64,000 nt of DNA from Acidimicrobiales bacterium (GCA_050015255.1 JBEKBT010000001.1:11710-75709); one strand, 5' to 3'; positions 17,823 to 28,354 are shown, numbered from the stretch's first letter. The notes: generated from the letters alone by a model not told the origin. Made by a program: numbers and translations.

Positions 17823-18820
17823 GCGCTTCCGGGTTCCCCGGCGAGGTGCGTTGGGGCATCTTGGGCGCGGCCCGTATCGCGAGGGCGCAATTCCTTCCGG
17901 GTCTTCGGGAAGCGGGAGGTGGCCGACCGGCTCTCGTCGCCAGTCGCGACATCGACAAGGCCGAGGCCTTCGCCCGCGACAACGACATCGGCCACGCTGT
18001 GCAGGGCTACGAGTCCGTCATCGACTCGGCTGACATCGACGCCGTCTACGTCGCGCTTCCCAACACTCACCATGCCTTGTGGACACAGCGCGCCCTCGAG
18101 GCGGGCAAGGCGGTCCTGTGTGAGAAGCCGCTCTGCGTCAGCCCAGCGGAGACCGAGGCAGTGCTGCGGACCGCCGCGAGCACAGGCGGACTGCTCTGGG
18201 AAGCCTTCGTCTTCCCTTTCCAGGCTCAGCACCGCCGTCTCCTCGAGCTGCTGGCATCCGGGGCGATCGGCGAGGTTCGCGAGCTGGTGAGCACGTTTCA
18301 CTTCCTGCTGACACGCCCGGAGGACTTCCGCCTCTCGGCGGAGCTCGGCGGCGGAGCGCTGGCCGATGTCGGCTGCTACCCGATCCGCTTGGCGCAAGAA
18401 GTCCTCGACACCCGGGATCCGGCGCCGGGCGATGTCGTCGGGTTCGGCACCAGCAACGGCGAGGTCGACAGCGAGGTTGTCGCCCTAGTCGACTACGGGG
18501 GCCAGCAGCTGGTGCTGAGCTGCGGGTTCAGGCGTGCGCTTGACACCTTCACCCGGGTGCTCGGCACCGACGGGCAGATCCACCTGACCAATCCGTTCCA
18601 TCCGACACCGAGCGACTCACTCGTCGTGCGGCGCGACGGAGAGGAGACGATCGAGCACCCGACGGTCGATGCCCGTTCCTTCACGGCTGCCCTCCGTCAC
18701 ATTCACGCCGTCATCCGCGGAGACGAGACGCCGGCACACCTTGCCGCCGAGTCGTCGCTCAGGTCAGCTCGGACTCTCGAAGCCGCCGTCCAGGCGTACT
18801 CCGTATCTCGTCTCGGTTGA
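17819..18820 (+). CDS. Gfo/Idh/MocA-family oxidoreductase
   Basis: VRWGILGAARIA, DAVYVALPN..H, GKAVLCEKP, GGGALADVGCY. Confidence 0.9.
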   Translation: MSASGFPGEVRWGILGAARIARAQFLPGLREAGGGRPALVASRDIDKAEAFARDNDIGHAVQGYESVIDSADIDAVYVALPNTHHALWTQRALEAGKAVLCEKPLCVSPAETEAVLRTAASTGGLLWEAFVFPFQAQHRRLLELLASGAIGEVRELVSTFHFLLTRPEDFRLSAELGGGALADVGCYPIRLAQEVLDTRDPAPGDVVGFGTSNGEVDSEVVALVDYGGQQLVLSCGFRRALDTFTRVLGTDGQIHLTNPFHPTPSDSLVVRRDGEETIEHPTVDARSFTAALRHIHAVIRGDETPAHLAAESSLRSARTLEAAVQAYSVSRLG

Positions 18821-18903
18821 GAGCAGCGGTCCGACCTTAAGACCTGGGCCACGACGCGCGCCGGCACGGTTCGGCGACCCCTCGCTCAGCGCTGCCCTCT
18901 CGC

Positions 18904-20553
18904 TCAACGCAGCGGCCCCATCGGCATGAGGAGCGGGCCGGCCGAGGGGAGTCCCAGGGCCTCTGCTAGTTGGGCGTGTCCGCCCCATTCCCAGAGCCCC
19001 GCGCTCAAGCCCCTCGCCTGCGCGAAGGCGGCCGGGTCGTCGCTGTTGCGTGGCTGGCGCAGGCGCTGCACCGGCGAGAGCGCAGGGACCGGCCGCAGCG
19101 GAGCATCGCCTGGCAGGCCGGCGCGCTCGCGGGCTATCTCCACGGCGCGGCGCAGTCCCCCGAGCTCGTCGACGAGCCCGCGCTCGAGGGCGTCGGCGCC
19201 TGTCCAGACCCGCCCGCGGGCGACCTCGCGCACGGCCTCGAGGCTCATAGAGCGTCCGCGGGCGACCTTCGCCGTGAAGTCCTCGTAGACGAAATCGAGC
19301 CACTCGTCGAGCTTGGCCCATTCGTCCTCGCTGAAGCCGGTCTGGGGCGAGAACATGAGGGCGTGGCGCCCGTGGCCGAGACTGTCGATGTTCACGCCCA
19401 AGCGCTCGAACAGCCCGCTGGTCTGGAGCTTGCCGCCGAACACGCCGATCGATCCGGTGAGCGTCGCCGGCTCGGCCACGATGACGTCGGCAGCCATGGA
19501 CACGAAGTACCCGCCCGAAGCGGCCAGGTCGCCCATCGACACGACGACCGGTTTCCCGGCTTCGTGAGCCTTGCAGACCTCGCGCCAGATGGTGTCCGAG
19601 GCGACGTAGGAGCCGCCGGGGCTGTTGACCCTGAGCACGATCGCCTTTATGCGCTCGTTTCTCACAGCGGCGCGGAAAGCGGCGGCGACCGTGTCGGATC
19701 CCGCTGCGCGTCCGACCGGGCCCGGCCGGGAGCGGCCCATACGGATCTGGCCGATCGTGTCGATGAGCCCGACCGCCGGACGGCGGGCTTGATATGCCCG
19801 GCGGATGGTGTCCCATTTCCGGCGATAGCGCGAGATGTACAGCAGGCTGGGCTTCTCGGCCCAGCGGCGATCGAGGGCGTCACGGACCTCGTCCCGGTAG
19901 CCGAGGTGATCGACGAGCCCGGCCTCTTTCGCCTCGGCGGCGGAGATCGGCGCTCGGTCGATGAGCTCGCGTACGCGCTCTTCGGGCAGCTTGCGGCCGA
20001 GCGCCACCGCGGAGACGATCTGCTCGTAGGCAGACTCGGACAAGCGCTCTGTGGCCTCGCGGTGCGCGGCGCTGAACTCGGTGCGCACGATGCTGTCTAC
20101 GCGGTTCTTGTACTCGTAGCGCTGTGAGAACAGCGGCTCGACATGGGCCCGATCGAGGGCACCGCGCACGAAGGTCCCGGCTGCCGCCGCGCCCATGAGC
20201 CCAACGCTGCCCGAGGGCTGCAGCCACAACTCGCCGAAACCGGCACCGATGACATAGGCGGACGTCCCACGCCCGAGCTCGCCGAAGGTCTCGGCCCAGG
20301 CGACGGCCTCCTTGCCCTTTTGCCGGAAACGCACCACCGCGTCCGAAAGCTCCTGGGCCTGCGCCAGCGAGATGGAGGGAGAGCCGAGCTTGGCCAGCAG
20401 TCCGACGACCTCGGGGTCATCGGCGGCTGCGGCCAGGCGGCTGACAAGGGTGCGCAACGCGAGTCGCCGACGGTTCAACATTTTTTCGAGAGGATTGGAG
20501 CCGGTGTCCTCGACGAGAACCCCGGTGAGGTCAAGCTCGAGCAGTATCGTCAT
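18904..20553 (-). CDS. sppA: Signal peptide peptidase SppA (S49, two-domain)
   Basis: LQPSG, YKN, RVNSPGGS, VSMGDLAASGGY, TLTGSIGV, GRVWTG..A...GLVDELGG. Confidence 0.9.
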   Translation of the reverse strand: MTILLELDLTGVLVEDTGSNPLEKMLNRRRLALRTLVSRLAAAADDPEVVGLLAKLGSPSISLAQAQELSDAVVRFRQKGKEAVAWAETFGELGRGTSAYVIGAGFGELWLQPSGSVGLMGAAAAGTFVRGALDRAHVEPLFSQRYEYKNRVDSIVRTEFSAAHREATERLSESAYEQIVSAVALGRKLPEERVRELIDRAPISAAEAKEAGLVDHLGYRDEVRDALDRRWAEKPSLLYISRYRRKWDTIRRAYQARRPAVGLIDTIGQIRMGRSRPGPVGRAAGSDTVAAAFRAAVRNERIKAIVLRVNSPGGSYVASDTIWREVCKAHEAGKPVVVSMGDLAASGGYFVSMAADVIVAEPATLTGSIGVFGGKLQTSGLFERLGVNIDSLGHGRHALMFSPQTGFSEDEWAKLDEWLDFVYEDFTAKVARGRSMSLEAVREVARGRVWTGADALERGLVDELGGLRRAVEIARERAGLPGDAPLRPVPALSPVQRLRQPRNSDDPAAFAQARGLSAGLWEWGGHAQLAEALGLPSAGPLLMPMGPLR

Positions 20554-20616
20554 GAGCCGGACCCTACCGGTGGCTGCCCGGCAGCCGGGCGGCCGAGGCC
20601 GCGAGAGTCAGTCCGG

Positions 20617-21330
20617 TCAGTCCGGAAGAAACGCCGGGCGACCGAGCAGGTAGCCCTGTCCCGCCTCCACCTCCAGCGAGGAGAGCATGGCAAGCTCCGC
20701 TTCGGTCTCGATTCCTTCGGCCAGGCTGATCGCCGCCGCCCGCTTGGCCAGGCTGGCGTACGCGTAGGCGACCGCCTGCCGGAGCTCGTCCTCGGCGATC
20801 CCGTGGATCACCGTCGTGTCGATCTTGACGATGTCGGGCCTGATGCCCAAGAGGTGCTGCAAGCCGACGTCCGAGGCGCCGGCGTCGTCGAGCGCGATCC
20901 GCACCCCCAGCGAGCGCAGGTGGTCGATCGCCCCGGTGAAGCGTTGGTAGTTGTCGACGGTGGCGTTTTCGGTGATCTCGAGCACCAGGCGCTCCGATGG
21001 CACTGTTGAGGCGAGATCGCCGAAGGCCTTCGAGGCTGCGGTGGCCGGCGATACGTTGACCGAGAGGAAGGCGTCCTTTTCCAGGCGGTCCAGCTGTTCC
21101 AGGGCCGTCGTGGCCGCCAGGAGCTCCAGCGCCTGCTGGAGACCGAGCTGCATGGCCTGCTCGAACCATGGACGGGGCGTCGTGATCGCCCACCCGGGGA
21201 ACCTCGCCAATGCCTCGTAGCCGATGACCTCGCGCGACCTCAGGTCGCACACCGGCTGGAACGCGATACGCAGTGAATGGTCGCTAAGGACCTGCTCCAC
21301 GTCGACAGGCGATCCACTGTGCTGTTCCAC
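20617..21330 (-). CDS. Stand-alone EAL-domain c-di-GMP phosphodiesterase-like protein
   Basis: AFQPV, GYEALARF, SVNVSP, LEITE, IALDDAG, VKID, AEGIET, GQGYLLGRP; TAGGCT 7 nt before GTG 21330. Confidence 0.85.
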   Translation of the reverse strand: MEQHSGSPVDVEQVLSDHSLRIAFQPVCDLRSREVIGYEALARFPGWAITTPRPWFEQAMQLGLQQALELLAATTALEQLDRLEKDAFLSVNVSPATAASKAFGDLASTVPSERLVLEITENATVDNYQRFTGAIDHLRSLGVRIALDDAGASDVGLQHLLGIRPDIVKIDTTVIHGIAEDELRQAVAYAYASLAKRAAAISLAEGIETEAELAMLSSLEVEAGQGYLLGRPAFLPD

Positions 21331-21355
21331 GGTTGTGAGCCTACTTGGCCGGCTC

Positions 21356-23143
21356 TTAGACGGCGACGTAATGGCGTCCCTTTCCTGTTCGTTTGGCGGT
21401 GTACATGGCGGCGTCGGCCGACTGCATGAGTTGCATTGCCGACTGGCCGAACATGTCGGTGAAGGCGATTCCCACCGAGGCGCCGATCCGGGCGACCCCC
21501 TTGGCGAACACGAACGGCTCGGCGAGGCTTTCGACGATGCGTTGCGCGACTGTCTCCGCGGCGACGAGTGACGCCGCCTGCTCCAGCAAGACCGCGAATT
21601 CGTCACCGCCGAGCCGCGACACGGTGTCGGTGGCGCGGACGCATTTGTTGAGTCTGACTGCCACCTCGACGAGGACTTCGTCTCCCGAGGCGTGACCGAA
21701 GTTGTCGTTGACTTTCTTGAACTCGTCGAGGTCGACGTAGAGGATGAAGACCAGGCCGCCCGATCGCTCGGCGCGGTGGTAGGCGCCCTCGAGGTGGTCC
21801 ACGAAGAGCGCCCGGTTGGCGAGGCCGGTCAACGGGTCGTGGAAGGCCTTGTGCATGAGCTCGTCCTGCGCGCCGACCAGCACCGCCAGGTCCTCGTGCA
21901 GTTGCCCGTTCTGCAGAGCGTAAGCAAGCTGCTTGGCGAGGGTGCCGAGCAACTGCAGATCGGTCTGCTGGAAGTCGCCGGCGAACTTCTTCCGGTGTGC
22001 CAGGACGAGATAGCCGAGCGGGCCCGCGTCCTCTGCGGAGGGTACTGTCACGCCCATTGCCGTGGGCCGGTCTTCTGCCGCGATGTACCGAGCGAGCGGG
22101 GTGTCCAGGTCGAGTTTCTTGGTGACGAGGATGTCGTTGTTGGCCAGCGCTTCCGCCAGACCAGCCGGCAGGGACTCGACCGGCGTCGGCAGCATGACGT
22201 CGACGGCCACGCCGTTCGTGGTCCTGGTGACCAGCGCCGGGTTGCCCGGCACCAACGGCAGCAGCGTGAGCTCCACCAGTGCCGCGTGGAACATGTCGCC
22301 GATGTGGTTGAGGAACTCCACGGCGCCCGCAGTGACGCTCTTCGAGTAACTGAGGATGCGGCTCGCCGCGAAGAGATTGTCGATGTCCGCCTGCTGCTTG
22401 CGTCCGGCTATCCGGGCTCGGTAGGCGGCGACGATGAAGAAGACCGGGATCGGGATCGTCAAGAGCACGACCGGTGCAGCAACGGTCATCACCAGGACGA
22501 TCATTGCGAACACGGCGTTGGGAAGGGCGATGAGGGCCAGCACCGGGGCAGTGGACCTGAGCCCCTCGGTGACGATCGTGAAGTCGGCTTCGGACAGGTA
22601 CATCGCGGCCGATACCTCGATGTTGGAGACCTCGAGCAGCAAGATCACCGTCAACAGGTAGCCGGCCACGCTGCGGGAGGAGAAGAGAGCGTTCGGCTGG
22701 ATCACCAAGCGGAGCAGCAGGTAGTACAGGGGGGTGTTCAGCAATCGGGCCCCGAAGTTGAAGATCGCCTGTACCGGCTGCCGGCGCCGCGCCGCCTGAA
22801 GCAGTCCGCGGCTGCAAGCCATCACCACCGCCGTCTCGAAGAGTCCTGTGCCCAAGAGGGCGACGATGATGACGGCGTCATTGAGCGTCACCGTGACATT
22901 GGTCTTGCGAATGGGAAGCTCGACGCTGGCCAGCTCCGCGCCCGTGGCGAGGAGGAATATCCCCCACCATGGGATCGCCACGACGCTGCTGGGGGCTATG
23001 GCTGGGGAGTGGTGGAGCGGCCCGAAGACCACCACCAGTCCCACGATGAGGACGAGAGCGACGTACACCCAGAGCCGGACGGGTTGTCCGAAGGCACGCC
23101 GACGACTACTTGCGGCTCCCTCGGTACCTGTTCGTTCAGACAA
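21356..23143 (-). CDS. Membrane-anchored, GAF-like domain diguanylate cyclase (GGDEF)
   Basis: Multiple N-terminal TM segments; HDPLTGLANR, DLDEFKKVNDNFGH..GD, RLGGDEF, ADAAMY.AK. Confidence 0.9.
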   Translation of the reverse strand: MSERTGTEGAASSRRRAFGQPVRLWVYVALVLIVGLVVVFGPLHHSPAIAPSSVVAIPWWGIFLLATGAELASVELPIRKTNVTVTLNDAVIIVALLGTGLFETAVVMACSRGLLQAARRRQPVQAIFNFGARLLNTPLYYLLLRLVIQPNALFSSRSVAGYLLTVILLLEVSNIEVSAAMYLSEADFTIVTEGLRSTAPVLALIALPNAVFAMIVLVMTVAAPVVLLTIPIPVFFIVAAYRARIAGRKQQADIDNLFAASRILSYSKSVTAGAVEFLNHIGDMFHAALVELTLLPLVPGNPALVTRTTNGVAVDVMLPTPVESLPAGLAEALANNDILVTKKLDLDTPLARYIAAEDRPTAMGVTVPSAEDAGPLGYLVLAHRKKFAGDFQQTDLQLLGTLAKQLAYALQNGQLHEDLAVLVGAQDELMHKAFHDPLTGLANRALFVDHLEGAYHRAERSGGLVFILYVDLDEFKKVNDNFGHASGDEVLVEVAVRLNKCVRATDTVSRLGGDEFAVLLEQAASLVAAETVAQRIVESLAEPFVFAKGVARIGASVGIAFTDMFGQSAMQLMQSADAAMYTAKRTGKGRHYVAV

Positions 23144-23230
23144 CAGGACCGCCCTTCTCGTAACGTCGAAAGGCCCTCGCGATGGTCCTCGGTCCCTGCT
23201 GGGACCTGAAACACGGTTCTTCTCGTCTTC

Positions 23231-23259
23231 TTATCGGCCGATCGGTGCCATGCCTTGAG
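23231..23259 (-). promoter_or_regulatory. Sigma28 (FliA/WhiG)-type promoter CTCAAG-N15-GCCGATAA for the diguanylate cyclase
   Basis: Reverse complement of 23231-23259 gives an exact GCCGATAA -10 with CTCAAG 15 nt upstream, about 90 bp before the DGC start. Confidence 0.55.
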
Positions 23260-23334
23260 CCGAGATTTGGCAACCACCAACCCTGAGGGCGCCGCGAGCC
23301 CCGTGACCGGCGAGTACGCGAATCGGCCCGGCAG

Positions 23335-23928
23335 ATGCTTCATGGAAGCACGAAACGCATGAAGGCTCGCACGAAGATCATGAGGGCTCGCACGAAGATC
23401 ATGACGGACTGGTGGCTCGCCGTGGCTCTCTCCTTGGCGCTGGTCGCAACCTCCATTGGTGCTGCGCAAGCGACGGCCAGTGCCAGACCGAGCGGTACGC
23501 TACGGCACGCCGTGGTCCTCCCGACGCTCTGCAACGCGGTTAGCGATCTCGACAGCCTCGTCGTGCGTCGGGTCGACGCCTTCCCGCGCAACCACATCCG
23601 GTTCTCCTTCCCGGCTGTCGTCACCGTCAGCGACCCCGCAGCAGTCAAGAAGGCGGCGACCGCCCTCTGCGCCTTGCCGGCCATGCCTCGTGGACCGATG
23701 AGCTGCCCGGCCGACCTCGGTATCACCTATGAGTTGACCTTCAACCAGGGGGGGCAGCCTTTCCCGGTCGTCGTGGCGTCGGCGACCGGCTGCCAGGGCG
23801 TCACCGGCCTCGTCCCGACCCGCTGGGCCGGCCGCACCCCTAACTTCTGGCGTGAGCTCGGCGAGGCGATGGGCTTGGCCCATCCGACCTGGGAGACATT
23901 CAGGGGCTCGGGCGGCGTGCTGGGCTAG
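23335..23928 (+). CDS. Putative secreted protein with Cys pairs
   Basis: Signal-like WWLAVALSLALVATSIGAAQA; LCALP..CPADLG, ATGCQGV; true start may be 23359, 23380 or 23401. Confidence 0.65.
   Translation: MLHGSTKRMKARTKIMRARTKIMTDWWLAVALSLALVATSIGAAQATASARPSGTLRHAVVLPTLCNAVSDLDSLVVRRVDAFPRNHIRFSFPAVVTVSDPAAVKKAATALCALPAMPRGPMSCPADLGITYELTFNQGGQPFPVVVASATGCQGVTGLVPTRWAGRTPNFWRELGEAMGLAHPTWETFRGSGGVLG
23359..23404 (+). repeat. 21-bp tandem repeat (ATGA(A/G)GGCTCGCACGAAGATC x2) creating three in-frame ATGs
   Basis: Seen directly in the sequence. Confidence 0.85.
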
Positions 23929-24097
23929 GCCTGAGCCGGCGCCCGGACCGCACCAGCTCGCGCCGTGTGGTCTCATGGGTGCGGTGCCGTGCCTGTTGTC
24001 CCACCTCACGCCCTACACGGCAGTCCGCTGATGCAGACGCCTCCCACCAGGGCGGTCATCTTCACGGTCCGCACACGGCGGCCGTTGGGCAGCTGAT

Positions 24098-25012
24098 ATG
24101 ACTCCTTGGACCGCTGCCAGGATCGAGGACCAGACCGGGCGCAGCTTCGTCGTCACCGGGGCCAACAGCGGCCTCGGCTTCGAGACGGCCCGCCAGCTCG
24201 CCGCCCACGGCGCCCGGGTCGTGCTCACCACCCGCTCCGAGGCCAAGGGGCTGCAGGCCGTCGGCCGGCTCCAGGCCGAGCTCCCCGACGCCGCGGTCGA
24301 GTACCGGATCCTCGATCTCGCCGACCTCGACTCGGTGCGGGCCTTCGCGACCGCCTTCAGCACTGGTGCGACCGGGATCGACGTGCTCGTCAACAACGCC
24401 GGGGTGATGTTCCCGCCTCGGGTGCTGACCCGCCAGGGCTTCGAGTCCCAGTTCGCGACCAACCATCTCGGCCACTTCGCACTGACCGGGCTGCTGTTCG
24501 ACACGATCCGCAAAGGCCGTGACGCCCGGGTCGTCACGGTCAGCTCGCTCGAGCACAAGGGCGGGTCGATCCACTTCGGCGATCCGACGGGGGAGCGGTC
24601 CTATGCGCCGCGGGCCTTCTATCAGCAGTCCAAGTTCGCCAACGTGCTCTTCGGGTTGGAGCTCGACCGCCGGGTGCGGGCGGCGGGCATCCCCGTCCGC
24701 TCGGTGCTGGCCCATCCCGGTTGGGCGAGCACGAACCTTCAGACGAGCTGTCCTAGCGGCCTGACGAGACAGCTCATGAGGGTCGGCAACCGCGTGTTCG
24801 CCCAGAGCGCCGAGATGGGGGCCCTCAACGAGCTCTACGCGGCGGTGGCGCCTGCCGCCGAGAGTGGACGTTTCTACGGGCCAGGGGGCTTCGGCGAGCT
24901 GCGCGGATACCCGAGAGAGGTCCAGCCGGTGGCGTCGGCCAAGGACGAGGAGACGGCTCGGCGCCTGTGGGAGTTGTCAGAGGAGCTGACCGGCGTCAGC
25001 TTCGGCATCTGA
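24098..25012 (+). CDS. Short-chain dehydrogenase/reductase (retinol-DH-like)
   Basis: VVTGANSGLG, LDLADL, NNAGVM, FATNHLGHF, YQQSKFAN, AHPG. Confidence 0.9.
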   Translation: MTPWTAARIEDQTGRSFVVTGANSGLGFETARQLAAHGARVVLTTRSEAKGLQAVGRLQAELPDAAVEYRILDLADLDSVRAFATAFSTGATGIDVLVNNAGVMFPPRVLTRQGFESQFATNHLGHFALTGLLFDTIRKGRDARVVTVSSLEHKGGSIHFGDPTGERSYAPRAFYQQSKFANVLFGLELDRRVRAAGIPVRSVLAHPGWASTNLQTSCPSGLTRQLMRVGNRVFAQSAEMGALNELYAAVAPAAESGRFYGPGGFGELRGYPREVQPVASAKDEETARRLWELSEELTGVSFGI

Positions 25013-25127
25013 AGCCCGGAGCGAGGCAGGTCCCTCGCCTGGCACCGGCCACGATGTCCCGGCCACGACTTGCCCGGAACCAGCGTCATCTCGCTGCGGT
25101 TGGCGAACGGGTGCGATCGGGCTGCAG

Positions 25128-26108
25128 TCAGCGGTGCACGGGCGACATGTCCTGGTAGCGGTCACCGGCGGCGGCGCCGGGCGGGAACGCCTCGTCCAGG
25201 CGGCTGATGTCGTCGGGCGTGAGCCGGACGTCGTCGGCCGCGGCGTTCTCCTCGAGGTACGAGCGGCGCTTGGTCCCAGGGATCGGGACGACGTCGTCGC
25301 CCTGGGCGAGCACCCACGCGAGAGCGAGCTGGCCGGGCGTGATGCCCTTTTCTGCGGCGATCTCCCGGACCCGGTCGACCAGGAGCAGGTTCTTCACGAA
25401 GTTGTCCCCGGCAAAACGCGGGTTGTGGCGCCGGAAGTCGTCGGGAGCAAGATCGTCGGTCGTCTGGATCGAGCCAGACAGGAAACCCCGGCCCAAGGGG
25501 GAATAGGCCACGAAACCGATCCCGAGCTCGCGCACCGTCGCGAGCACGCCGTTGGTCTCCGGGTCGCGGGTCCAAAGGGACCATTCGGTCTGGAGCGCCG
25601 TGATCGGGAACCGGGCGTGCGCCCGCCGGATCGTCTCCGGCGCCGCCTCGGAGAGCCCGAGATAGCGGACCTTGCCCGCCGCGACCAGTTCGGCCATGGC
25701 GCCGACGGTCTCCTCGATCGGTGTGTTGGGGTCCACCCGGTGCTGGTAGTAGAGGTCGATGTGGTCCACGCCGAGACGCTCGAGCGAGGCGTCGCAAGCC
25801 CTGAGCACGTACTCCGGCCGGCCGTTGATGCCGAGGCGGGTCCCGTCGGACCTGCGCTCGTTGCCGAACTTGGTCGCCACCACGACCTCGTCACGGCGTC
25901 CGGCGATGGCGCGGCCGACGAGCTTCTCGTTGGTGAACGGCCCGTACATGTCTGCGGTGTCGAGAAGCGAGATCCCGAGATCGAGCGCCCTGCGGATCGT
26001 GGCGATCGACTCCTCCTCGTCGCCGGGACCGTAGAACTCCGACATTCCCATGCAGCCGAGGCCCTGGGCCGACACTGTGAGTCCCTGGCCGAGTGTTCTT
26101 GTTCGCAT
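25128..26108 (-). CDS. Aldo/keto reductase
   Basis: [48 protein letters not shown]. Confidence 0.92.
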   Translation of the reverse strand: MRTRTLGQGLTVSAQGLGCMGMSEFYGPGDEEESIATIRRALDLGISLLDTADMYGPFTNEKLVGRAIAGRRDEVVVATKFGNERRSDGTRLGINGRPEYVLRACDASLERLGVDHIDLYYQHRVDPNTPIEETVGAMAELVAAGKVRYLGLSEAAPETIRRAHARFPITALQTEWSLWTRDPETNGVLATVRELGIGFVAYSPLGRGFLSGSIQTTDDLAPDDFRRHNPRFAGDNFVKNLLLVDRVREIAAEKGITPGQLALAWVLAQGDDVVPIPGTKRRSYLEENAAADDVRLTPDDISRLDEAFPPGAAAGDRYQDMSPVHR

Positions 26109-26332
26109 AGCTACCTTTTACCGGATGACGGGACCGGTTGGAACACCCCGCGAGCCTCGGCGTCCTGCGCCTTTGTCCGCCCGGTGCCGCGCCTCGGGCC
26201 GCGCTGCCCGTGCCTCGGGTCGCCCGGCCTTGCGCCCGAGGCCACAAGTGGCGCACAGTTCGTTGTAGGGCACCGGGCCCGCGCGGCCTGCCCGCGACCC
26301 CGGTGCAGGGCCCTTCGGACAGGAGCAGCAGC

Positions 26333-26815
26333 GTGGAGCTGGTCGTCGTACCCATCGAAAAGCCGGAAGATCTCAACGTCATCCTGGGCCAGGCGCACTT
26401 CGTGAAGACGGTCGAGGACCTCCACGAGGCCCTCGTCGGTTCGAGCCCGCACCTGCGCTTCGGGCTGGCGTTCTGCGAGGCGTCGGGCAAGTGCCTGGTC
26501 CGCCGTTCGGGCAACGACCCCGAGCTCGTGGACTTGGCCGTCCGCAACGCGCTGGCGCTGGGGGCGGGCCACTGCTTTGTCGTCCTTGTTCGCGAGGGCT
26601 ACCCGGTGAACGTGCTCAACCAGCTCAAGCAGGTCCCCGAGGTCTGCACCGTCTACTGCGCCAGCGCGAATCGTGTGGAGGTCGTGCTCGCCGAGACCGA
26701 TCTCGGCCGCGGTGTCCTCGGTGCCATCGACGGCTCATCGCCCGTCGGTGTGGAGACCGACGGGGACGTGGCCGAGCGCAAGTCCTTGCTCCGCGCCATC
26801 GGCTACAAGCTTTGA
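26333..26815 (+). CDS. Adenosine-specific kinase family (DUF355) protein
   Basis: NVILGQAHFVKTVEDL.E, FGLAFCEASG, GHCF, YPVNVLN..K.VPEVC..YCA.AN, LLRAIGYKL; SD AGGAG. Confidence 0.88.
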   Translation: MELVVVPIEKPEDLNVILGQAHFVKTVEDLHEALVGSSPHLRFGLAFCEASGKCLVRRSGNDPELVDLAVRNALALGAGHCFVVLVREGYPVNVLNQLKQVPEVCTVYCASANRVEVVLAETDLGRGVLGAIDGSSPVGVETDGDVAERKSLLRAIGYKL

Positions 26816-26849
26816 GCCGGCCCCCTAGTTCCGATAGGCCACCTCGCGC

Positions 26850-27350
26850 ATGTCCCACGCCCTGATCGTCTTCCGGCATTCGAAGTCCGACTGGTCGGCC
26901 GACTACGGCGGTGCTGACCTGGACCGGCCCTTGGCGAAACGTGGCCGGAAGGCAGCCAAGGTGGCCGGTCGCTTCCTGGCCGACACCGATGCGGTACCAG
27001 ATGCGGTCATCTGCTCTCCGGCGTTGCGGGCGAGGGCGACGCTCGCCCTGGCTTGCGAGGCCAGAGAGTGGGACTCGTCTGTGCGCGAGTCCGCAGCGCT
27101 GTATGACGGCGGCCTCGACGGTCTGCTCGGCGAGGTCCGAAAAGAGCCGGAGACGACCCAGTTGCTCATGGTGATCGGTCATGAGCCGACTTGCTCAGAA
27201 ACGGTCGGTTTCCTTATCGGCGGCGGTCGCGTCCGGATGCCGACGGCGGCGCTGGCTCGCGTCGAGCTCCTCATCGACGATTGGGGTGAGATCGCTCAGG
27301 GCACGGGCGTGCTGTCGTGGCTCGTCGTGCCCCGCCTCATGGAACCGTAG
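26850..27350 (+). CDS. sixA: SixA-like phosphohistidine phosphatase
   Basis: RHSKSDW, DLDRPL..RG, CSPALRARAT, LY, IGHEP, MPTAA. Confidence 0.8.
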   Translation: MSHALIVFRHSKSDWSADYGGADLDRPLAKRGRKAAKVAGRFLADTDAVPDAVICSPALRARATLALACEAREWDSSVRESAALYDGGLDGLLGEVRKEPETTQLLMVIGHEPTCSETVGFLIGGGRVRMPTAALARVELLIDDWGEIAQGTGVLSWLVVPRLMEP

Positions 27351-27405
27351 ACGCGTGACTTTCGCCTCTAGCCCAAGCGACATCAGGGCGCCAAGTTCCC
27401 TTACG

Positions 27406-28347
27406 GTGAGCCCCACGCCCGTCCTCGAGTGTGCCGACCTCACCAAGAGCTTCGGCAGCCGCCTCGCCGTCGACGGCGTCGGCTTTCGCATCTGCGAAGG
27501 CGAGGTGTACGGCCTGCTCGGGCCGAACGGCGCCGGAAAGACGACGACGATGAAGATGGTGTGCGGCCTCTTGGAGCCCGACAAGGGGACCATCTCGATC
27601 GCCGGTAAGCAGGCGATCGGCAACCTCGAGGTGAAGTTCCTCATCGGCTACGTGCCCCAAGACGTCGCCCTCTACCCCGACCTCACCGCCGGCGAGAACC
27701 TCGCCTTCCTCGCCAGGCTCTACAAGCTCGGGCGGCGGACCGTCGCTGCCAGGGTGGACGAGGCGCTCGAGCTGACCGAGCTGAGCGACAGGCGGGACGA
27801 CAGGATCGACTCGTTCTCCGGGGGCATGAAACGGCGCCTGAACATCGCCGCCGGCCTCCTCAACCACCCGAAGCTGCTCGTGCTGGACGAGCCGACGGTC
27901 GGCGTCGACCCCCAGAGCCGCCACGCCATCTTGGAGAGGGTGCAGGCCTTCGGGCGCGAGGGCCTCGCCGTCGTGTACACCACGCACTACATGGAAGAGG
28001 CGGAACGGGTCTGCGACCGGGTCGGCATCATCGACCACGGTCACCTGATCGCGGAGGGGACACGGCGCGAGTTGGTGGCCCAGCTCGGTGAGCAGGACCG
28101 CATCGAGCTCAGCGCGTCCGGGGACCTCGAACGCCTCGCCGAGGCGTGCCGTTCCGTCGACGGCGTGAGCAGCGCCGCGACGGCGGACAAGTCCGTGCAC
28201 CTCGTCGCCACCGGTGGCCGTCACCTGCTGCCGGCCATCTTGGAGGCCGCCGACGCGGCCGGCATCGAGGTGACGAGTGTGGAGGTCGTCGAGCCTGACC
28301 TCGAGGCGGTCTTCTTGCATCTCACCGGCACGGCCCTGCGGGAGTGA
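27406..28347 (+). CDS. ABC-2 exporter ATP-binding subunit
   Basis: GPNGAGKTT, FSGGMKRRL, LDEPTVGVDPQSR, YTTHYMEE. Confidence 0.92.
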   Translation: MSPTPVLECADLTKSFGSRLAVDGVGFRICEGEVYGLLGPNGAGKTTTMKMVCGLLEPDKGTISIAGKQAIGNLEVKFLIGYVPQDVALYPDLTAGENLAFLARLYKLGRRTVAARVDEALELTELSDRRDDRIDSFSGGMKRRLNIAAGLLNHPKLLVLDEPTVGVDPQSRHAILERVQAFGREGLAVVYTTHYMEEAERVCDRVGIIDHGHLIAEGTRRELVAQLGEQDRIELSASGDLERLAEACRSVDGVSSAATADKSVHLVATGGRHLLPAILEAADAAGIEVTSVEVVEPDLEAVFLHLTGTALRE

Positions 28348-28354
28348 GGCGCCG

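Noticed and set aside
20617-21606. Frameshifted GGDEF-EAL hybrid (the EAL frame stays open across the DGC 3' end)
   Set aside because: The EAL gene has its own TAGGCT-N7-GTG start at 21330 and the upstream extension reads as non-protein-like; two genes is the simpler reading
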